Shown one piece after another: positions 1 to 7,672 of a DNA stretch of 32,000 bases (position 1 is the stretch's first letter; each line of letters begins with the position of its first letter). A program made the translations under genes and the position numbers. This stretch comes from an uncultured Candidatus Marinamargulisbacteria bacterium (GTDB lineage Bacteria; Margulisbacteria; Riflemargulisbacteria; GWF2-35-9; DYQY01): positions 35,581 through 67,580 of the forward strand of contig CAYSAQ010000007.1 of assembly GCA_964429235.1 (NCBI GenBank), read 5' to 3'. The notes under the pieces were generated by a model. The model was given only the letters and a program-made list of their open reading frames with translations, ran no database searches and was not told the origin of the DNA.

Positions 1-74
1 CCTAGATAATAGCCAAAACATTAGTTTGGCGCATGTATTAGAGTCGTTTCATTTTAGAAGGAATCAAGTAGGAA

Positions 75-677
75 ATGCCTAGTTTGGATAGTGAAATAGT
101 TGTGCCAGTCCAAGGTAATATTAACCTCGAAGAACTCATTAAGTTTCGGCTATCAGAAAAACTTTCATTTGCACCAGAGTTATTCTGTTTCTCTTATAAA
201 AGAAAAGGCGAGCAGGCAATAGTTAGCTATAAGACAGATAGCGAAGAGAGCAGGATTGAGATTGTTAAGAGAGAGCAACGAAAGTGGCAACTGTCCTTGG
301 TGTGGGGTTTAGTTCTAATGTTTGCATTGCTAATATTAAATTTTCTTATATTATTTATTTCGAAAAACAATCAGCTACAGGCCATTGGCAATAATCAGTT
401 TATTAAAAATAATCAATATCATAACAAAAAAGATTTGAAGCGTTTAAAAACTATCAGGATGAATAATAAGAACAGATTTCGGCTAATAGAGTCTTTTTTG
501 TCTCAGCCAATCAATATTAATACTATTCGAATCACTACAAAAAACATATACGTAGATGGGTTTGTAGCTCAAGAATATATCCAAAAGTTTGGAGACTTTT
601 TATTAAAAGAAAATTTATTAAAAAGCACAAGTTTTAAGGAGGAAGGGGCGAATATATGGGTATTAATCAAAAGTTAA
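75..677 (+). CDS. hypothetical bitopic membrane protein; possible PilN/PilO-like secretin/pilus assembly component
   Basis: 200-aa ORF with one central hydrophobic span (WQLSLVWGLVLMFALLILNFLILFI) followed by a polar Asn/Gln/Lys-rich segment. It is the first of three overlapping ORFs that end in a secretin. Function is inferred from context only. Confidence 0.45.
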   Translation: MPSLDSEIVVPVQGNINLEELIKFRLSEKLSFAPELFCFSYKRKGEQAIVSYKTDSEESRIEIVKREQRKWQLSLVWGLVLMFALLILNFLILFISKNNQLQAIGNNQFIKNNQYHNKKDLKRLKTIRMNNKNRFRLIESFLSQPININTIRITTKNIYVDGFVAQEYIQKFGDFLLKENLLKSTSFKEEGANIWVLIKS

Positions 678-967
678 TTAATAATATGTTTTTCCTTATC
701 TTTTTTGTTTGCTCATTAACTGTAGCTAGTAACATTTCTAAATTATTAAAGACAGGTGTTTATTCGAATAGCGTAGTTGCATTTGCGGAGCAGGGGATAT
801 CCTTAAATTCTTGGAAGGAAATTGCAGACGGACAGCATGTAGTAGAGGAATTTTCTAATCAGCAATTTTATACACTAAAAGAATATATAAATACTGTACT
901 AGATAAGCGGTTGGTTTTATTTGAAGTTATTAGAGGGAGGGCTCGAGTTGTTTTTGAAACAGTGTAA
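656..967 (+). CDS. hypothetical small protein with N-terminal signal/anchor (possible pilus/secretin accessory protein)
   Basis: 103-aa ORF. AAGGAGG/AAGGGG lies upstream of the ATG at 656. N-terminal hydrophobic stretch MFFLIFFVCSLTVA. It overlaps both neighbouring ORFs, consistent with operon coupling. Confidence 0.45.
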   Translation: MGINQKLINNMFFLIFFVCSLTVASNISKLLKTGVYSNSVVAFAEQGISLNSWKEIADGQHVVEEFSNQQFYTLKEYINTVLDKRLVLFEVIRGRARVVFETV

Positions 968-1883
968 GATTATTTTAATAATATTTGTTATGGGGCTAGG
1001 TTTGCCGACTAAAGCAGTATTTAATTATTCCAGTAGTGTGCCAGCTCAGAAAGGTACACAGGAACAGAGTTATAGTTTTGAGTATAATCATCTTAAAAAA
1101 GAAGAGATTGTTGATCTCGCGAGGAAGATATTTCCGGCTCTTAAAGTCTCTGTAAACGATGTGCGAAACAAGGTGTTTGTTTTTGGAAAGAAAGCAGATA
1201 TTAGACGCTTTAAAGTATTTGTTGAATCGATAGATAAGAACGCTCCATCTGTTTATTACAAAACTTGGTTGATAGAGGTAAATCACAATTCCTTAATGGG
1301 ACTAGGGATTAATTGGCAACAGTATAAAAATGGTCTTAAAGTTTCGAATCTTACTGATAAACAGAAGTTGTTTGATAGTATTAGTGGATTGGTAAGTAAG
1401 GGAGAGGCAAAGGTGTTAGCCAATCCAACCATTATTTGTTTGGATGAGGAAATGTCTACAATAAGGGTAGGAGATAGAATCCCGTATACAGTGCCAGTAG
1501 ATACAGCTTCAGACAAGATTAGCTGGGAGCTTAGATACATTGATGCTGGAGTGGATTTATCTATTAGGCCAAGCATCCAAGGTGATGGCGTGATACTTTC
1601 TAATATCAAGGTGAAGATAGAGAGTATCAAGCAGTGGAAGTCTACAATGGCAGGTGAATACCCAGTACTTTCAAGTAGAGAGATGAATTTAAAATGTAAG
1701 ATTAAAGATGGTGAAGAATTAGTTCTAGGTGGACTTATTAATTCTAGCAAACGCAAGAATGTAGCCTCTTTGCCAATACTTGGAAGCATTCCATTCATAG
1801 ATCATTTCTTTAATCAGACCACTATAGAGGAAGAAGATACAGAGATTATTTTCCTTCTATCTCCAGAGATAGTGAGCATATAA
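948..1883 (+). CDS. short secretin (GspD/PilQ family: one NolW-like N domain plus C-terminal secretin domain)
   Basis: C-terminal secretin motifs are present: VLANPTIICLDEEMSTIRVGDRIPY, LVLGGLI, LPILGSIPFIDHFF, EIIFLLSPEIV. The segment LARKIFPALKVSVNDVRNKVFVFGKKADIRRFKVFVESIDK looks like a secretin N (NolW-like) domain. The ORF track starts at 921. I prefer TTG 948 because GAGGGAGG (933-940) lies 7 nt upstream and it yields the signal-like N-terminus MFLKQCKIILIIFVMGLGL. Confidence 0.8.
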   Translation: MFLKQCKIILIIFVMGLGLPTKAVFNYSSSVPAQKGTQEQSYSFEYNHLKKEEIVDLARKIFPALKVSVNDVRNKVFVFGKKADIRRFKVFVESIDKNAPSVYYKTWLIEVNHNSLMGLGINWQQYKNGLKVSNLTDKQKLFDSISGLVSKGEAKVLANPTIICLDEEMSTIRVGDRIPYTVPVDTASDKISWELRYIDAGVDLSIRPSIQGDGVILSNIKVKIESIKQWKSTMAGEYPVLSSREMNLKCKIKDGEELVLGGLINSSKRKNVASLPILGSIPFIDHFFNQTTIEEEDTEIIFLLSPEIVSI

Positions 1884-1926
1884 AAGTTTCGTAGGGATTT
1901 TTTTCTTTTGTTAACGATAAATTACG

Positions 1927-2532
1927 ATGAAAGCTAAAATAATTGCTTATAAAGAACATTCATTCATTGAAAACTCGATGAAAGAGTTTATTCAAAGATA
2001 TAATCTGAAGATTATTCATGCTCAGCCAGGTAAAATAGTTTATGAGATTTATTCAAAAAATGGCGAACCCCTAGTAGAAATAGCTCAAGATGGCAAAGCC
2101 ACAAGAGGATATGTCCAAATAAGTTTAGAAAATCAAACGGCGATATCTGTAGACGTATTTGAACCCAAAATAGCTATGCAAAAAAATAAAAAAAAGGGAG
2201 GTTCATCCGCCGCTTTTTATCTAGCTGTGTTTCATTTTGCTAAACAACATCATCTTCCAGATCAGTTTCCGGTTGAGCTATATTGTTACAGTAGTACTTT
2301 TGAAGATTTCTATGACAAAATGAAAGAATTCGGGTTTCAAGCTATTTCTGGATACACAGAATTCAATACTCGTAAGTATAGTGCTCCTTTGCCAGACTAT
2401 TTTAGAACATTTGATACAACTATGGTTGTCGATAGTAATAAAACAGCTGATATGCCAGAACCAATACCAGATAAACATCACAAGATTTCTACGTGGTTAG
2501 TTGATCATATTTTAAAAGGGCATCATAACTGA
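1927..2532 (+). CDS. hypothetical protein (weak GNAT-like pattern only)
   Basis: 201-aa ORF followed by a hairpin terminator. The segment KKKGGSSAAFYLAVFHFAKQHH...FYDKMKEFGFQ loosely resembles GNAT motif A and the C-terminal beta-strand region. This is not enough to name it. Confidence 0.4.
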   Translation: MKAKIIAYKEHSFIENSMKEFIQRYNLKIIHAQPGKIVYEIYSKNGEPLVEIAQDGKATRGYVQISLENQTAISVDVFEPKIAMQKNKKKGGSSAAFYLAVFHFAKQHHLPDQFPVELYCYSSTFEDFYDKMKEFGFQAISGYTEFNTRKYSAPLPDYFRTFDTTMVVDSNKTADMPEPIPDKHHKISTWLVDHILKGHHN

Positions 2533-2566
2533 ACTTTGCCTGAAAAGTCGTAACATTAGTATGGGA

Positions 2567-2600
2567 ATAACAGAGCTAAATAGCTTTCTGTTATATTTTG
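2567..2600 (+). terminator. putative rho-independent terminator
   Basis: Imperfect hairpin ATAACAGAGCT-AAAT-AGCTTTCTGTTAT followed by ATTTTG, about 35 nt after the stop at 2532. Confidence 0.4.
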
Positions 2601-2653
2601 GTTATCTCTAGCGATAGCGAGTTTGTGATATCATCTGTTTATAGGAGATATTT

Positions 2654-3244
2654 ATGACGATAGTTTTACCAATAGCAATCTTTGCATTATCTATGTGTGG
2701 CACACCTGGCCCGAATAATATTATGCTTGCAGCTTCAGGTGCAAATTTTGGGTTTAGACGAACTATTATTCATATTATTGGGGTTCAAGTTGGGATGTTT
2801 CTGTTATTAACTTCAGGGGCTCTTGGTATTGGTTTATTGTTTGAGTTAATTCCAGCGTTACAAATTGTTTTGAAGATATTAGGCTCAGCGTATATGCTAT
2901 ATCTTGCTTGGAGAATAATTGCTTCTAAGAGAGCAGGCGAGACAGAAGAAAAGGGCAGACCGTTTACATTGCTAGAAGCCGCTGCATTTCAGTTTATTAA
3001 TCCAAAAGGCCTAGTGATTGCTGTTACTACTATAAGCACACTAACCAAACCAGGAGATGCTTATGTTGGGTCTGTAATAATGTTGATATGCGTGTTTGCA
3101 GTTGTTGGCTCTTTTACTGCTAGTTCATGGGCAGCGTTTGGTACCGTTATTGCTAGGTTTTTAAAGAAGGATTTTTTCTTTAAGCTGTTTAATTGTATTA
3201 TGAGTGGCTTGCTAGTGCTATCTATTTTGTTTATTTTACTTTAA
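2654..3244 (+). CDS. LysE/RhtB-family amino-acid exporter
   Basis: 196 aa, multi-span hydrophobic protein. N-terminal family motif GTPGPNNIMLAASGANFGFRRT. AGGAG lies 7 nt upstream of the ATG. Confidence 0.85.
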   Translation: MTIVLPIAIFALSMCGTPGPNNIMLAASGANFGFRRTIIHIIGVQVGMFLLLTSGALGIGLLFELIPALQIVLKILGSAYMLYLAWRIIASKRAGETEEKGRPFTLLEAAAFQFINPKGLVIAVTTISTLTKPGDAYVGSVIMLICVFAVVGSFTASSWAAFGTVIARFLKKDFFFKLFNCIMSGLLVLSILFILL

Positions 3245-3860
3245 ATCGTAGAATAGTTTTAAGCTTTTCAGGGCTAACTTTTCGGACATCAGATAGATAT
3301 ATTTCTCTATGTTTTTTGGAAAGTCTAGTTATTTTGTTCTCACTGCAATATTCTTCCATCTTCTTAAAGCTTACAGCCTCGTTATCATAGGGGCCAAGGT
3401 GTAGCATTTGAACACATTTACCCTCAGTAATCTCTCCAAATTCAACTTTATCTAATAACACATGTGGTTTTTTCTTTTTTGTTCTTTCTATAACTTCTGC
3501 TGCATACTCAGCAGTTACAAAATCAGGCTGGCGTATCATCAGGTTATAGACTAGAGTGTCTTTATTAATTATTCCTGTGTCGTTATAGTATTTTTTTGCT
3601 TCATCAGTGATATCCCATACTCCCTCAAGTGGATAAACCGTATATTCATAAAAATCTTTTGGAGGAGTGCCGCCTTTATGAGACATTCTTATTGCATATG
3701 AGAGTGCATAAAGAACTCCGATGTATTCACCAAAGTTTTCGTTGTTTGGGTTGCCTTCGCCTTCAATCATAAAATAGTTAAAAGATGGGATCGTTATTTG
3801 AGTAGGTTTGTTTTTAGGTAAGTACAGTTCCTTCTCGCTCTTTCTCCATTCGTATTTCAT
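3231..3860 (-). CDS. GyrI-like small-molecule-binding domain protein
   Basis: Family-typical motifs are present: YEWRKSEKELYLPKNKP...FNYFMIEGEGNPN...YALSYAIRMSHK and HLGPYDNE. The ORF track starts at 3917. I prefer ATG 3860 because AAAGGAG lies 5 nt upstream of it. Confidence 0.75.
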   Translation of the reverse strand: MKYEWRKSEKELYLPKNKPTQITIPSFNYFMIEGEGNPNNENFGEYIGVLYALSYAIRMSHKGGTPPKDFYEYTVYPLEGVWDITDEAKKYYNDTGIINKDTLVYNLMIRQPDFVTAEYAAEVIERTKKKKPHVLLDKVEFGEITEGKCVQMLHLGPYDNEAVSFKKMEEYCSENKITRLSKKHREIYLSDVRKVSPEKLKTILRFKVK

Positions 3861-3873
3861 AAGCACTCCTTTG

Positions 3874-4050
3874 TTAGTGATTGTTACGTGCTCGGTCTCC
3901 GTTATATCCATTATCATAATCTAAATCTTCAAATAATTTTCCATTCTCTCCATGTTTTTCAGCTGAAAGATTCCTTGCAGAAGACATTATCTTTTTATAG
4001 ATATCAGATTCTTTTTTAGGTTCTTTATTTGATTCGTTTTCTTGTTTCAT
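3874..4050 (-). CDS. candidate small ORF (58 aa, hydrophilic, MKQENESNKEPKKESDIYKK...)
   Basis: Hand-translated; it falls below the ORF-track length cutoff. It has no SD, but a perfect TATAAT (4063-4058, minus strand) lies exactly 7 nt upstream of the ATG at 4050. The sequence is low-complexity, so coding status is uncertain. Confidence 0.3.
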   Translation of the reverse strand: MKQENESNKEPKKESDIYKKIMSSARNLSAEKHGENGKLFEDLDYDNGYNGDRARNNH

Positions 4051-4072
4051 AGTTTTTATTATATATCGAAAT

Positions 4073-4120
4073 AGCCCCCTTTATCAAAGGGGGTGGCTGC
4101 TTAAAGCAGACGGGGGATTA
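4073..4120 (-). repeat. double-hairpin repeat element, copy A (likely terminator of the CN-hydrolase gene)
   Basis: Plus strand reads AGCCCCCTTTATCAAAGGGGG (8-bp stem, 3-nt loop), then CTGCT-TAA-AGCAG, then ACGGGGGATTA. A near-identical arrangement occurs at 9416-9463. It starts 4 nt past the stop at 4124. Confidence 0.7.
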
Positions 4121-4123
4121 TTT

Positions 4124-4906
4124 CTACCTAATCCACTTCAATACCGGAAAATTCTTTCTATAAGCATCTAAGAAGTCTAGATCTACATATGCAGAAACAA
4201 CACCTTCTTTATCATATCCAGAAGAAAGTATCTCACCATGCGGATCAATTATCATAGAGTCCCCAAAGTAAGTTAGATCTTCAGAAGCTGAACCGATACG
4301 GTTAGCGGCTACAACATATACTTGGTTCTCTATCGCTCTAGCTTTTAGTAGCGATATCCAATGGTCTCTTCTTGGGTTTGGAAACTGAGCAACAACAAAT
4401 AGTATTTGCATGCCTTGCTTGGTAAGTATTCTCATGTTTTCTGGGAATCTTATATCGAAACATATCTGAATGCCTATTTGTGCTAATCCTGTTCTAAAGA
4501 TAGATGGAGACTTTCCTGGGCTCATATGTGTCATTTCTTCGTTTTGAAAGAAGATATGATTCTTATCATAATAGCCAATTACAGCACCTTCATTTGAGAT
4601 TAGGTATGATCTATTATAGAACTTGTCATCTTTGCTGCTCTTTATTGGTAGCGATCCAGCAACTATATAAAAGTCATATTTTAGAGCAATTTGTTGTAAG
4701 TATTTTAGTATTTCCATTGAGTGTTTTGAGAACTCAGGAAAACGATCATAGTTAAACGAAGTGGCAAACATCTCTGGCAAAACAACAAACTTAGATTTTC
4801 TTCCAGCAGCAATGCCGAAAAGTTTTTCTATTACTTTGAAGTTTTCCATTGGTTCGTCAAGAACGTCATATTGTAATACCGATACTTGGAAGCGTTTCAT
4901 ATTCAT
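4124..4906 (-). CDS. carbon-nitrogen hydrolase (nitrilase superfamily; omega-amidase/YafV-like)
   Basis: 260 aa. The Glu-Lys-Cys catalytic triad contexts are present: VVLPEMFATSF, YDKNHIF, IGIQICFDIRFPE. Confidence 0.9.
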   Translation of the reverse strand: MNMKRFQVSVLQYDVLDEPMENFKVIEKLFGIAAGRKSKFVVLPEMFATSFNYDRFPEFSKHSMEILKYLQQIALKYDFYIVAGSLPIKSSKDDKFYNRSYLISNEGAVIGYYDKNHIFFQNEEMTHMSPGKSPSIFRTGLAQIGIQICFDIRFPENMRILTKQGMQILFVVAQFPNPRRDHWISLLKARAIENQVYVVAANRIGSASEDLTYFGDSMIIDPHGEILSSGYDKEGVVSAYVDLDFLDAYRKNFPVLKWIR

Positions 4907-4943
4907 GATTTTAAAACAGAAACAGTTAAAAGTGAAATGTAGA

Positions 4944-5594
4944 TTATTTTATAATGATGTTTTTTATCTGGTCTCTGATAACTTTTTGTTGAGTTTCGAT
5001 TGGTTTTAGAGCATCAACTGTTGAAAAATTATATAATTTAGACATTAATTCATATTGCTCATATAGTTGTGCTTGGTATTTTTTTATTGAAATAGTCGTA
5101 TTAGCACTTAGCCCAATATCCATGCCACTGTCATAGAAATCATTTTCTTTTTCTTCTTGAGTCATTCTTCCAAGTGCTTCCTCTAAAGGAATCTTAAAGT
5201 GTAGTACTAAGTCCGGCTCTATCGCAAAATCATATATTTTATGAACCCAGCTTTTGTCTTGTCCTCTTAGATAATCTTTCGCTAAAGAAGTGTATACATA
5301 TTTGTTAAATAGAACGATAAACCCTGATTTTAATGCTGGGATTACTTGTCTATACATTAAGTCACTAAAGTCAGCAGCATGTATTAAACTATAGGTTATA
5401 GGTATTAACTGTCGCTCTTCTTTTGCAGTTTCAATTGTTTTAGAAACTAGCGGAGAGTTTTTTCTTTTTAAAAGAGTAGTTCCGTATCCTTCTATTTCTA
5501 GCCAATTTTTTAGAAGGCTTAGCTGCGTTCCTTTGCCACTACCATCTAGTCCTTCTGCTGCTATAAGTTTTCCAGGGTAGGTATTTTTCTTCAT
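4944..5594 (-). CDS. thymidylate-kinase-like protein with degenerate active-site motifs
   Basis: 216 aa and paralogous to the upstream gene. The P-loop reads GLDGSGKGTQ, with Gly where Ser/Thr normally follows the Lys. The DR(Y/H) motif is replaced by FNKYVYT. Its ATG overlaps the upstream stop (TAATG). Confidence 0.7.
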   Translation of the reverse strand: MKKNTYPGKLIAAEGLDGSGKGTQLSLLKNWLEIEGYGTTLLKRKNSPLVSKTIETAKEERQLIPITYSLIHAADFSDLMYRQVIPALKSGFIVLFNKYVYTSLAKDYLRGQDKSWVHKIYDFAIEPDLVLHFKIPLEEALGRMTQEEKENDFYDSGMDIGLSANTTISIKKYQAQLYEQYELMSKLYNFSTVDALKPIETQQKVIRDQIKNIIIK

Positions 5595-6319
5595 TATTTA
5601 AATTTCCTTGTAAGTAATTGTTGAACTTTTTCTCTAAATATAACTTGTTTATCATGAATGCCTAGCATTCCATCAACAACAGTCAGCCCAAATTCTTTGA
5701 TCATTTTTTCATATTCTAAAATTACTTTTGATTGAAATAATAGGTAGCTTTTATATGGGTCACTGCTAAGCTTCATATCCATTCCAGCTTCATAGTATTT
5801 TGGTTTTCTTGTTTGAGTGATTCTGTCTAAGCTAACTTCTACAGGAACTCGGAAATAGAATGCTGCATCTGGTTTTGTAGAAAATGAATATACATTTCTT
5901 AACCACTCAGGGTCACAGTCTCTTGCAAAGTCTCTTGATAATGCTGTGTATGCATATCTGTCAGCAAGTACAACATGTCCAGATTTTAAAGCAGGGATAA
6001 TTGTTTTATGTAGCCTGTCAGCAAAATCAGTAGCATGTAGCAAACTGAACGTAGTGTTGTTTAGCAAATTCTTTTTTTTGCCTTTTTTAATAGTCGAAGC
6101 GACAAGCTCGGAGGAGTTCCATTCTGTTAGTACTACCGGGTACCCTTCTGCTATTAACCATTTTTTTAATAAGTGTAGCTGGGTAGACTTCCCAGAACCA
6201 TCAGTGCCTTCTACTACAATAAGGCAACCTTTATAAGAATGATCTATATTCAGATGACTCTCAATATTTGTTTCTAGAAATTCGGCGTTATTTTTTAAGT
6301 TTTTATTTTTAAAGAACAT
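5594..6319 (-). CDS. thymidylate-kinase-like protein (divergent dTMP kinase family)
   Basis: P-loop VVEGTDGSGKSTQ, DRY motif LADRYAYTALSRD, and LLHATDFADR. The ORF track starts at 6406. I prefer the internal ATG 6319 (MFFKNKN...) because the extension overlaps a TGcTATAGT promoter-like box and the divergent ORF. Confidence 0.8.
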   Translation of the reverse strand: MFFKNKNLKNNAEFLETNIESHLNIDHSYKGCLIVVEGTDGSGKSTQLHLLKKWLIAEGYPVVLTEWNSSELVASTIKKGKKKNLLNNTTFSLLHATDFADRLHKTIIPALKSGHVVLADRYAYTALSRDFARDCDPEWLRNVYSFSTKPDAAFYFRVPVEVSLDRITQTRKPKYYEAGMDMKLSSDPYKSYLLFQSKVILEYEKMIKEFGLTVVDGMLGIHDKQVIFREKVQQLLTRKFK

Positions 6320-6386
6320 GGTTGTCTTGCTTCTAATATCTGCCTTTGCTATACTATAGCATAAGTTTATTTCGGTTGAAAGGCAG

Positions 6387-6797
6387 TTGAAAAATAGCGT
6401 GAACATTCAAGGTAATCCAGCTCAGTATTCAAATATAATCAATAACTCACTCTATAATGCAGTGTCTGGCGCAAAAGAAAACCCTGCTGCCCAGCAAGTT
6501 ACAGCTGAACAAATATTTAATAGATTCTTTAAAGGCGTTAAGTCTAAGGATGAATTTAAGAAGAAAATTAAGAAAACATTAACAGGTATTAATCAAAACC
6601 TATCTGATGATGATATTGATGATATTTTAGGCTCGTTAGAAGCAGAAGAACAACCGCCATTTTGTGCTTCATATAGCGAAGAAGGTGTTAGCGAAGGAAT
6701 GAACCTTCAAGATAACCTTACAAGGGCTGATATCTATGACGTTATGTTAATGTTCTATCAGGACATTTATGGCGAAGCTGCAAAAAAAATAGGCTAA
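6387..6797 (+). CDS. hypothetical acidic protein
   Basis: 136-aa ORF that fills an otherwise empty gap. It uses a TTG start with no clear SD. I recognise no domain. Confidence 0.35.
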   Translation: MKNSVNIQGNPAQYSNIINNSLYNAVSGAKENPAAQQVTAEQIFNRFFKGVKSKDEFKKKIKKTLTGINQNLSDDDIDDILGSLEAEEQPPFCASYSEEGVSEGMNLQDNLTRADIYDVMLMFYQDIYGEAAKKIG

Positions 6798-6863
6798 AAT
6801 AATTCTATATAATCTGGTTTCTGTTTTTTCAATATGTTAATATATAAGGGCAACGTTTGGAAA

Positions 6864-6904
6864 GAAGCCCTCGGTTTCCCCACCCCCTGTATGGCGAGGG
6901 CTTC
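6864..6904 (+). promoter_or_regulatory. GC-rich 10-bp stem hairpin in the leader of the ABC importer (function unknown: attenuator, terminator or riboswitch-like)
   Basis: GAAGCCCTCG (6864-6873) pairs perfectly with CGAGGGCTTC (6895-6904). The loop is GTTTCCCCACCCCCTGTATGG. A TATAAT at 6808-6813 lies upstream. Confidence 0.4.
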
Positions 6905-6931
6905 AGTCAAAATTTTAGTAGGTACCCAACG

Positions 6932-7672
6932 ATGAAAAAAATCTCTATTAAAAACTTAAAATTTTCTTTAGACGGCAATCAAATACTTGATGATGTTAAT
7001 GTTGAGTTTGTTGAAAACAACTTGTATTTGATAGTAGGAAGAAACGGTAGTGGGAAGTCTACTTTTTTGAAGATTTTAAATAAGCAACTTACGGCTACTT
7101 CCGGCGAGATAGTAATAAATGGAAGAGATATAAACGAATATTCTAACAAAGAGCTAGTATCCAAGATTGCATATCTTCCTCAAAAAATAACATTTAATGC
7201 TCCTTATCTAGTGCGCGAGTTGTTGGAGATGTCTATGTATTCAAGTGAATTTGTTTCAGAAGATATTATTAAAAAATCTATAAAAGAATTCCAATTAGAA
7301 AAACTTATCAACAAGCCTATTACTAGGTTAAGTGGAGGAGAAATTCAGCGAGTTTTATTGGCTTCTACATATTTGGTTGGCGGCAAGTTTATTCTATTAG
7401 ATGAACCATTTAGTTTCTTAGACCCAGGGCAGCGAGATTTAATTTTCAGGCAGATAAAATCTTTGCATGAGCAGAATGTGCGGACTTTTATTTTGGTGGT
7501 TAATAGCTTAGAAGAGATTTTTATGTTTAAGGATTTAGATCGAGTAAATATTCTAACTCTAGATAATCAGAGGTTTAACCACTATGAGTCAATGGATAAG
7601 AGTTTCATTAAAGCTTTGTCCGAATTGTTTAATATTTCCTTAACGAAGGAAGGTGCTATTGATGAAAAATAG
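6932..7672 (+). CDS. ABC transporter ATP-binding protein (FepC/FhuC/BtuD-like)
   Basis: Walker A GRNGSGKST, signature LSGGEIQRV, Walker B ILLDEP. I prefer ATG 6932 (MKKISIKNL...) to the track start 6857, which runs through the leader hairpin. Confidence 0.9.
   Translation: MKKISIKNLKFSLDGNQILDDVNVEFVENNLYLIVGRNGSGKSTFLKILNKQLTATSGEIVINGRDINEYSNKELVSKIAYLPQKITFNAPYLVRELLEMSMYSSEFVSEDIIKKSIKEFQLEKLINKPITRLSGGEIQRVLLASTYLVGGKFILLDEPFSFLDPGQRDLIFRQIKSLHEQNVRTFILVVNSLEEIFMFKDLDRVNILTLDNQRFNHYESMDKSFIKALSELFNISLTKEGAIDEK

Noticed and set aside
2-82. Open frame entering from the window edge and stopping at 80-82, overlapping the ATG at 75
   Set aside because: It is probably the 3' end of an upstream operon gene. 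Only 26 codons are visible, which is too little to call or name.
996-1798. Two ORFs (96 and 171 aa) antisense to the secretin gene
   Set aside because: They are shadow ORFs inside a gene with clear secretin motifs. They show no independent signals.
1881-1920. TAAAAGTTT ... AACGATAA, considered as a sigma-28-like promoter upstream of the 1927 ORF
   Set aside because: The spacer is 23 nt versus the canonical 11, and the -35 has an extra A.
6320-6406. N-terminal extensions offered by the ORF track (6406 for Tmk-like, 6857 for the ABC ATPase, 12300 for flgB, 12381 for MerR-like, 3917 for GyrI-like, 921 for the secretin, 28848 for flgN)
   Set aside because: The extensions run through promoters, hairpins or neighbouring genes. 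They add non-homologous N-termini. Internal starts fit SD or -10 spacing and the lengths of family N-termini.
6820-6931. Cobalamin riboswitch call for the ABC-importer leader
   Set aside because: There is only a loose resemblance to the core. No B12 box (GCCACTG-like) is visible and the element is much shorter than the classical ~200-nt aptamer. I kept it as an unassigned structured leader.
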